The notes under the pieces were generated by a model. The model saw nothing but the letters and a program-made list of their open reading frames with translations. It was not told where the DNA came from and made no database searches. From positions 57,099-77,098 of IMG/VR virus record IMGVR_UViG_3300012920_000026: a stretch of 20,000 bases of DNA; one strand, 5' to 3'. A program made the position numbers and the translations under genes. Shown piece by piece: positions 1 to 6,806 of this stretch. The DNA is from an uncultured virus (IMG/VR IMGVR_UViG_3300012920_000026) (Duplodnaviria; Heunggongvirae; Uroviricota; Caudoviricetes). How positions within the stretch are numbered: position 1 is the first letter of the stretch; every line of letters starts with the position of its first letter.

Positions 1-1467
1 CCTTATTATATCTAATTTTGTTGAATCCTTTGTAATATTACCCATAATTGAAGTAGTGTCATCACTTGTATAATCACATTCATATTCTAAGATACTCTTA
101 AGACTCATACTTCCTAATTCATCTTTAACTTGTTTTTTTATAAATTGAGTAGCAGTTGATGTAACATCCTCAACAACCCTATTCATATCTGGATCACCAA
201 AAATAGATGTGAATGCGACACCAATAGGACCAACTAAAGGAAGTGATTTCCATCCACTAAAAATTGCTTGTGCCTCTGGGTCTAAAGTTACACCACCCCC
301 TAGAAGATATTCGGATATATATGGTGCATAACAATCCTCAAAATTAATTGGTTCTGTCATCGTCTTCAATTCTCTTAACGCCTCTTTTTCATCCACCGTA
401 CCATCCACCATTTGATTTCTTAATTCTTTATAATCATCCATCACACCACTTTTAATTCTTTTGAATTCGTCTGATGCATAAACATTAGCACAATAAATAA
501 TATCAGCAATTTCTTGTGCAGTTAGAGACACCAACAGTGTTCGAGTTAGTGCTCTCAGATTTGGATTTCTTACCATAACCGTTTCGTCACCAAATAACCA
601 TCTTTTTACATATCCTCTTTTAGGATAAAATTTAGCACCATCCTCAACAGTAAACCCTTTTTTCTTTAACTCTACTAAAAGTTCTCCATCAAGTTTGTCT
701 TTAGAAAATATCATATATTCTCCCGGTTGTTTCTTCATAGATAATACATAATAATCTCCTGCATTACCTGTTAAACTTTTAACATATTTTTTTAAACCTC
801 GTCTTTTTAGTCTTACATCATTAGCATAAGATTTTAATAGTTTTATCCTTAGTTTTTCATCACTAATACCATAAACATTTTGTAACACTTTATCTTTAAT
901 TATCTTACGTCTTGTAGCACCCATTTCACCACCTGGAAATAAATCCAATTGATCACCAAATTTAGTTTTAAATGCTTCAGGTGCATCGTCTAATAAATCA
1001 TCTATTTTTGCTATAGCGTTATCAACATCCAAGTTTTTATTTTTTGTTAAAAAATCAATTAATTCAGGATATAGAGTTTTAGGGTTTTCATTTTTTCCAA
1101 CAACTACCATCATATCTAAAAAGTCATCTAATGATTTTTCAACTGATTTATTCCACAGTCCGGGATAATATTTTAAAGAATTTCTTACCATTCCTTTAAA
1201 CTTTGTAACATTAGTTTCTTTTAAAGCATCTATTAAATCATCAAAACCCTGTCCATTTATTGCTGCACCAATTGCTTTAAGTTCTTTACTTGCTTTATTA
1301 TATACACTAGGATTAGACATAAGTTCTTTCATTGCCTTACCTATTGGAGATTCTATTAATAATTTCTTTTTTAATACAACAGATTCATCATAATTAACTT
1401 TATGTTCCATTCTTTCTAACATTAAGTTAAATTTTTTAACATCTAAAAATAAACTTTTTCTTTTCAT
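1..1467 (-). CDS. Large hypothetical protein, 3'-truncated by the window edge (>=489 aa); putative virion-associated protein
   Basis: Not in the ORF track because it has no stop in the window. ATG at 1467-1465 lies 7 nt after the upstream gene's stop; my translation (MKRKSLFLDVKKINLMLERMEHK...KKKLLIES...DSTKLDIIR) stays open to position 1. No family recognised. Confidence 0.8.
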   Translation of the reverse strand, partial: MKRKSLFLDVKKFNLMLERMEHKVNYDESVVLKKKLLIESPIGKAMKELMSNPSVYNKASKELKAIGAAINGQGFDDLIDALKETNVTKFKGMVRNSLKYYPGLWNKSVEKSLDDFLDMMVVVGKNENPKTLYPELIDFLTKNKNLDVDNAIAKIDDLLDDAPEAFKTKFGDQLDLFPGGEMGATRRKIIKDKVLQNVYGISDEKLRIKLLKSYANDVRLKRRGLKKYVKSLTGNAGDYYVLSMKKQPGEYMIFSKDKLDGELLVELKKKGFTVEDGAKFYPKRGYVKRWLFGDETVMVRNPNLRALTRTLLVSLTAQEIADIIYCANVYASDEFKRIKSGVMDDYKELRNQMVDGTVDEKEALRELKTMTEPINFEDCYAPYISEYLLGGGVTLDPEAQAIFSGWKSLPLVGPIGVAFTSIFGDPDMNRVVEDVTSTATQFIKKQVKDELGSMSLKSILEYECDYTSDDTTSIMGNITKDSTKLDIIR

Positions 1468-1474
1468 TTTTATA

Positions 1475-2341
1475 TTAATTTATTAATTGACTTATTATTT
1501 TAGATATGTCTCCACCTGAAAAAGTTGATCCGCCACCACCAAGTGCTTCATTACATAAACCTTGTTCGGTTTTAGCTATGGAATATGCCCTACTACCACC
1601 AATTATTGGATTATAACGTTTAGACATGTTATTTATATATTCTAATACTAAATCTCTTGTACCTTTCCTAATTTTTTCTCCACTATCATCATACATTGAC
1701 TCTAAAAATACTTGACCATATTTCATATTATCTACATCAGTTATTGGGGCTTGCCACCTAAACCATTTTATTTTTTGAGTAATACCAGCAAGTTTATTTC
1801 CTAAAACATGTTTTTCAATACATCCAGTACATGTTCTATCCCAATGGGTATTCATAGTTTCTTCAAATACTGTTTTATCACTTAAATCTATAGGTGTACC
1901 TAAAGTAGTATAAAATGTTACATATTTATTTGCCCAAATTGAGACATTACTAATTTTTATTACAGTTGTTGCGGCGACATTGTTAGTGTTTCTAGCCTTT
2001 AAAAAACAAACACCACCATCACTTTTTATCGACCAAGAAGTATTAGGTTTAATATCATCACTAAATTCAGACCATGCTTTAGATATAACGGGTTGTTGCA
2101 TACACAAAGATAATGCAGAATTTAGGTTAGGATTATCCGTTAACTTATTGTTAACAAAAAGTTGTGCTTCATCAAAATCAATTATGTCACCAGATGCAGA
2201 AAATTCGGTAGCATCTATTTGTCCATCACTATTAGTATCAGGATTAATAACTGATTGTTCATTTATGATGTTACCATAAAGTCTTTCTTCACTAAATAAA
2301 GACTTTATTCTCTTTATTTGTTTATTTAAATTATTTTCCAT
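1475..2341 (-). CDS. Hypothetical protein (288 aa) with RIKSLF..LYGN..INE leader and an EF-hand-like loop
   Basis: ORF track; N-terminus shared with the 5848-6285 protein; DTNSDGQIDATE at aa 35-46; TATTTAT motif 4 nt upstream. Confidence 0.8.
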   Translation of the reverse strand: MENNLNKQIKRIKSLFSEERLYGNIINEQSVINPDTNSDGQIDATEFSASGDIIDFDEAQLFVNNKLTDNPNLNSALSLCMQQPVISKAWSEFSDDIKPNTSWSIKSDGGVCFLKARNTNNVAATTVIKISNVSIWANKYVTFYTTLGTPIDLSDKTVFEETMNTHWDRTCTGCIEKHVLGNKLAGITQKIKWFRWQAPITDVDNMKYGQVFLESMYDDSGEKIRKGTRDLVLEYINNMSKRYNPIIGGSRAYSIAKTEQGLCNEALGGGGSTFSGGDISKIISQLIN

Positions 2342-2345
2342 AATA

Positions 2346-2352
2346 ATAAATA
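2346..2352 (-). promoter_or_regulatory. TATTTAT motif (candidate late promoter)
   Basis: GATATTTATT on the sense strand, 4 nt before ATG 2341; one of nine equivalent sites. Confidence 0.55.
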
Positions 2353-2362
2353 TCTTTATTTT

Positions 2363-5191
2363 TTAATAAATACTCATAATATCGTTATAGTCAACAAAAC
2401 TGTCTATTTTATCTTTTTCTTCATCCGTAACTTGATTCTCAATCTTTTTTGATTCTTTTTCAAGTAGTTCTAATAATTCATTATTTTTACTTTCTTTCTC
2501 AGCAATATTTAAAATATTATTATAACTATCGGTAATATATTTTTTAATTTCTTCTTTGGTGTTACCATTCTTCACCATATTTTTCTCTTGTCTATCAATA
2601 TCATCTATCTCCATTAATAATATTTCTAGTATGTCATTATCAGTAATAGATTTAACACCATTAAAAACAATATCTTTTATATTTTTATCTATATTAATAC
2701 CATATTTTATTAATAGTTTACTTATATAAGGGGCGGATATATTAATTGCATTAGCAAAATAATGGTATTCATCCATATCATCAAAAAGTTCTGCAATTTT
2801 TTTAGAGGATGCATCGTTTGGGTTCGCATCAATTGTTATACCTACCCATTTATCTACCGGTAAACCAGTTAATCTAGTTAAATCTCCCACTGCTTCAGCT
2901 AACCATTCTGCAATATCCTTACTTTTAGCTTGAAGTGTACCAAAAATAGTTGCTTGTATAAATGCTTGTTTAGTATTATATCTAATTGAGTATTTTCTTA
3001 AAACTTTATTAACGTTGTAATCTAATTTTTCAATATCTTTTGCAAATTTAGTTAGTTTATTAGGATCTTTCTTTAATTTACTTAATAATTTATCAAATGC
3101 TTCTTTTTCTACTTTATTTAATTTAGACAGTCCATTCGCTATTTTTGCGTAATCATCTACTATTGCTTTATCCATTTTAACAAATGCGTCTAAAACATCA
3201 TCTAGTTGTTGTAAATCAGCGGCAGACAAATCATCTAGTGTCTCCCTCATAACTTTCTTCCATTTTTCTGCAGCTTTTGCTTTAGTTAATCCTTTAAATT
3301 CAGCCCCACCTAATTCTTTTACTGATTTTCCTAATGCCTTTGCCCATTTTGCACTTGTGTAACCACCTTTTAAAGCGTTTTTACTATATTTTAATGCTTC
3401 TACGCCAGTAAATAACGCACCTAATAGTGTTAAAGATGCATCTATTTGCCAACCTTCTTTACCTTCTACCATATAAGATGTTGCGTTTGCTAAATCTATT
3501 GCCGCTGATAATGCCACATTTAATCCTGGAACCGGAATAAATAAAACCGCAATAGAAGCTATATCTGCAACACAGTGGTAATCACCAATACAATCTTCCG
3601 CCCAGTCAGTAAACTTTTCCCATCCACTTCTTATATCATTAGTTTTTACTCCATTTTGTACAATAGCAGACATATTATATTTAAATTCACCTACTTCTAG
3701 TGGTTTTTCAGGGTTATGTACACAACCACAAGACCCTAAATTCTTACCACCAGAGTAAAACCAAGTACCACCTAAATTATAATCGTCACATATTTCAAAA
3801 AATGTTTCTTCACCCCCATTGTTTAGTTCATCCATTGCACCATATAACCAATCGTGTAAAAAAGGTATTTCCATACCTATACCCTTACTTGCATCTCTAA
3901 CATTTTGTAATTCTGGTGATATGGCTCTTGATGAGGATATGGGTTTACTACAAAATTCTCTATATTTAGTGTCACTTTGACTTTGGAATCTTTTATTATG
4001 TTCTGTTGCTGCCTCAATTATATGTAACCACAAATCTAATATGTTTTCTGCATTACTTTTTTCATCCATAACTCTAGAGGTTAAGTCTTTCATCTTAAAC
4101 GGTGTAGGTTTTGGTGGCGGTGGTTTAATCAGACCTTTAATATCATACCAATAAGATGCACCATAAAGACTCCACGCCTTCTTAGTTCGTGGACCAAAAT
4201 TACCATAACCAGGAATTTTTTTATTTAATGGTTCACCGCTACCAGTCCATTTAGGATAATTTTTATCCAACCAATCTTGAAATTTTTTAATATTTTCAAT
4301 TTTACTAAGTTTTTGTGGTATTTTAATTTCACCTATTTTATCATTTAAATTTTGTATTGTTTGTACATGATTAATAATATTATTCTCTTCTACATCACTA
4401 TTGTATATATCATTACTATTATATTCGGTATAAAGTGGATTTAAATTTAAATAAGAATTATCAACTCTAGTGGTGGAAGCAACATTACTCAAATTATTTC
4501 TTTCCCAATTCAAATATTGTGCATTTGTTTGTGCATCTTTTACATCTTGAATTACACCCATAAGTTCGTCATACTTTTTACCGTATATTTTATACCACTC
4601 ATCCCATTCTTTGTTCCAGTTTCTAACTTTTTTATTGTACTCTTCTTTTAATTCTTTTTGTTTTTTTATAAATAAACTTTGTTTAAGTTGTGTACGAAAA
4701 TCATCTTCAAGTCGGTTTAGTAAGTTAAAATAATCTTTTATTAGTCCCTCAGTATAAAATAAGTTAGTATTTTCTATACCAACACCTTGAGTATCATATG
4801 GGCTATTAAACCATTTAGATATTGTATCTAAACCATAATTATCAATTATTTCTGCATTTAAGTTCAAAACTTTACCCGTCCAATCTCCTAATACTTTTAA
4901 TTTATTCCATTCACTAGCCACGCTATTATATGTCCGTATATTTTTATTTATTTTATCGTCATCCCAAAATTTAAATGCTAATTTTAAACGATCACTACTA
5001 CTTTTTATATCGTTTTTGGGATTTATACTAAAATTCATAGACTCCGGTGCCTTACTTTTAGAAATCCAAGTATTTGGTTCAGGACTATAAATAGCAGCAC
5101 CACTTATACCATCCACTTTTTGTTCAAAAATATTTAATATATCTTTATTAAAAAGTTGTTGGTATTGGACTTCTGAAATAATTATTTTCAT
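2363..5191 (-). CDS. Large hypothetical protein (942 aa) with peptidoglycan-binding-like motif and pre-toxin-like hydrophobic module
   Basis: ORF track; IKKFQDWL...GYGNFGPRTKKAW (aa ~299-340) resembles the PG_binding_1 pattern (LQ..L...DG.FGP.T..A); HCVADIASIAVLFIP...IDLANATSYMVEG (aa ~539-596). The ORF is secure, the domain calls tentative. Confidence 0.7.
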   Translation of the reverse strand: MKIIISEVQYQQLFNKDILNIFEQKVDGISGAAIYSPEPNTWISKSKAPESMNFSINPKNDIKSSSDRLKLAFKFWDDDKINKNIRTYNSVASEWNKLKVLGDWTGKVLNLNAEIIDNYGLDTISKWFNSPYDTQGVGIENTNLFYTEGLIKDYFNLLNRLEDDFRTQLKQSLFIKKQKELKEEYNKKVRNWNKEWDEWYKIYGKKYDELMGVIQDVKDAQTNAQYLNWERNNLSNVASTTRVDNSYLNLNPLYTEYNSNDIYNSDVEENNIINHVQTIQNLNDKIGEIKIPQKLSKIENIKKFQDWLDKNYPKWTGSGEPLNKKIPGYGNFGPRTKKAWSLYGASYWYDIKGLIKPPPPKPTPFKMKDLTSRVMDEKSNAENILDLWLHIIEAATEHNKRFQSQSDTKYREFCSKPISSSRAISPELQNVRDASKGIGMEIPFLHDWLYGAMDELNNGGEETFFEICDDYNLGGTWFYSGGKNLGSCGCVHNPEKPLEVGEFKYNMSAIVQNGVKTNDIRSGWEKFTDWAEDCIGDYHCVADIASIAVLFIPVPGLNVALSAAIDLANATSYMVEGKEGWQIDASLTLLGALFTGVEALKYSKNALKGGYTSAKWAKALGKSVKELGGAEFKGLTKAKAAEKWKKVMRETLDDLSAADLQQLDDVLDAFVKMDKAIVDDYAKIANGLSKLNKVEKEAFDKLLSKLKKDPNKLTKFAKDIEKLDYNVNKVLRKYSIRYNTKQAFIQATIFGTLQAKSKDIAEWLAEAVGDLTRLTGLPVDKWVGITIDANPNDASSKKIAELFDDMDEYHYFANAINISAPYISKLLIKYGINIDKNIKDIVFNGVKSITDNDILEILLMEIDDIDRQEKNMVKNGNTKEEIKKYITDSYNNILNIAEKESKNNELLELLEKESKKIENQVTDEEKDKIDSFVDYNDIMSIY

Positions 5192-5207
5192 ATTTATGGA
5201 TTTATAT

Positions 5208-5214
5208 ATAAATA
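5208..5214 (-). promoter_or_regulatory. TATTTAT motif (candidate late promoter)
   Basis: CTATTTATA 16 nt before ATG 5191, just after the tube terminator. Confidence 0.55.
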
Positions 5215-5226
5215 GTTAATTGCAAT

Positions 5227-5251
5227 AAAAAAGTCGCATAAAGCGACTTTT
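5227..5251 (-). terminator. Intrinsic terminator downstream of tail tube gene
   Basis: Perfect 9-bp stem AAAAGTCGC (5229-5237) / GCGACTTTT (5243-5251) with a 5-nt loop, ending in a T-run on the minus strand, about 24 nt after the tube stop codon. Confidence 0.85.
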
Positions 5252-5274
5252 AATATTATATATGTTAGTTTGAT

Positions 5275-5763
5275 TTAGAATACGTTAATCGCTCTATCAA
5301 ATCTTAAAGTACATGTAATGTCTGCTAAGTCAGAAGAACTATAATCTAAACCACCAAAGTCAGCGTCATTTAATTGAGTTCCTTCTAAAATCCATTTTTG
5401 TACCACTACACCTGTTGGATCTAACATTTCTAATTCTACATTCTTTTTGTATCCTGCTGCGTATCCTTGTCTACCAGTTACAGATTCAGAGTGTAATCTT
5501 ACCCATTCCATTAATGCTTGTGTAGCAGAAGGACCAATAGGGTCTCTAAAAGTTACAGAGATAGTTTCCCATCTAAATCTACCAATAACATAAGTTTCAG
5601 TGTTTAAAAATGGTATTGATACTTCATCACTAGTGTATTTAGGTCTACTTGCAGTAGAAATCCACCATTCTTGAATACCTAAATCATCAGGAAATCTAAG
5701 AATCCATCTATTCTTTCTTAATGGTTCATAAGGAACCGGCATTCTCATTAATAAATCTGCCAT
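5275..5763 (-). CDS. Tail tube protein (T4 gp19-like)
   Basis: 162 aa; YEPLRKNRWILRF, SRP, W.TISVTFRD, ALMEW, GYKKNVELEMLDPTG.VVQKW.L.G, LDYSS, TLRFD pattern typical of gp19-family tubes; near the sheath gene. Confidence 0.92.
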   Translation of the reverse strand: MADLLMRMPVPYEPLRKNRWILRFPDDLGIQEWWISTASRPKYTSDEVSIPFLNTETYVIGRFRWETISVTFRDPIGPSATQALMEWVRLHSESVTGRQGYAAGYKKNVELEMLDPTGVVVQKWILEGTQLNDADFGGLDYSSSDLADITCTLRFDRAINVF

Positions 5764-5801
5764 AATTTCTTTTTTTTATCGTTGTTTTTTATTCTTTATT
5801 A

Positions 5802-5808
5802 ATAAATA
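5802..5808 (-). promoter_or_regulatory. TATTTAT motif (candidate late promoter of tail tube)
   Basis: GATATTTATT 38 nt before ATG 5763, followed by an A-rich leader. Confidence 0.6.
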
Positions 5809-5847
5809 TCTAAAATTTAAAAAAATATAAATCTTTAATGTTTTTTA

Positions 5848-6285
5848 TTATCTTTCTAATTGTGAAGTAGGTTTATCTTGTGCCCTTTCGTCTTCTCTAT
5901 TAGAACTAACAGAAAAATCTAAATCTTCTATAATAATCTCATTAGTCTCAATAGTCATTTTATAAGTATCTATCGCATCTCCCACATGAAGAGTTAATCT
6001 ATCATATGCGTCATTACTCATTTTAGATTTATTTGATTTATCTATTATTTTTTCAACTTCTTTAATTGTTTCTTCTAATTCTTCGTTAAGTTCTTTTAAT
6101 GCACCAGATAATTCATAAGCATATTTAGTATAACTATATCCAGTACCCCTAAACATTCCACCAATACCTTTTAATGTAGATTTTAAACCTTCATTAATTG
6201 GTTCGGTAGGTGTATTACCATATAAATTATTATCATTAAATAATGATTTAATTCTTTCTAACTCTTCTCTAATGTTTTTTTTCAT
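5848..6285 (-). CDS. Hypothetical coiled-coil protein (145 aa) with RIKSLF..LYGN..INE leader
   Basis: ORF track; leader shared with 1475-2341; heptad-like LKELNEELEETIKEVEKII. Confidence 0.8.
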   Translation of the reverse strand: MKKNIREELERIKSLFNDNNLYGNTPTEPINEGLKSTLKGIGGMFRGTGYSYTKYAYELSGALKELNEELEETIKEVEKIIDKSNKSKMSNDAYDRLTLHVGDAIDTYKMTIETNEIIIEDLDFSVSSNREDERAQDKPTSQLER

Positions 6286-6295
6286 ATTTCATATT

Positions 6296-6763
6296 TTACC
6301 AACCAAAAATTCCATCAACATCTATTTCTGGATCAACAATATAATCAGATGATCTACCATCTTTAGAAGATAATGTTAAAAGACATTCGTGTTGAAAAGT
6401 ATCATCTATCTCATTTACTATTTTATCCAACCAATCTTTTATATCTAAATAATACGTATTATTATCACTTAATGTATTTTTTAGATGTGTAAAAATCATA
6501 TTTTTATATGCTTTTGCGGCATTTTTTTCATTATCATCCAAACCATTAAATCTAGAAAAGAAGTCAACATAATTAGTACCTGTGCTATCATTTGTTTTTT
6601 CTGGGTCATCAAAAATATTACTACTACCTTCCCACCATTTTTCTACTTCTTTACAGAATTTAATCGCTTCATCATAGTCTTCATCCGTAGATGTGTTTTC
6701 ATTTAATATTCTTTTATTTGCCTCTAGAATAAAATGTCTTTTCATTTTTTCAATTCTTCCCAT
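6296..6763 (-). CDS. Hypothetical acidic protein (155 aa) with basic leader ending ILNE
   Basis: ORF track; TATTTAT 16 nt upstream; fills the gap between co-oriented genes. Confidence 0.78.
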   Translation of the reverse strand: MGRIEKMKRHFILEANKRILNENTSTDEDYDEAIKFCKEVEKWWEGSSNIFDDPEKTNDSTGTNYVDFFSRFNGLDDNEKNAAKAYKNMIFTHLKNTLSDNNTYYLDIKDWLDKIVNEIDDTFQHECLLTLSSKDGRSSDYIVDPEIDVDGIFGW

Positions 6764-6779
6764 AACTTCTATTTTTTAT

Positions 6780-6786
6780 ATAAATA
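6780..6786 (-). promoter_or_regulatory. TATTTAT motif (candidate late promoter)
   Basis: AATATTTATA 16 nt before ATG 6763. Confidence 0.55.
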
Positions 6787-6806
6787 TTAAAAAAATAAAT
6801 AAAACA

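Noticed and set aside
6500..6570. Annexin-like GxGTDE motif in the 155-aa protein (FNGLDDNEKNAA)
   Set aside because: The match is too degenerate to support.
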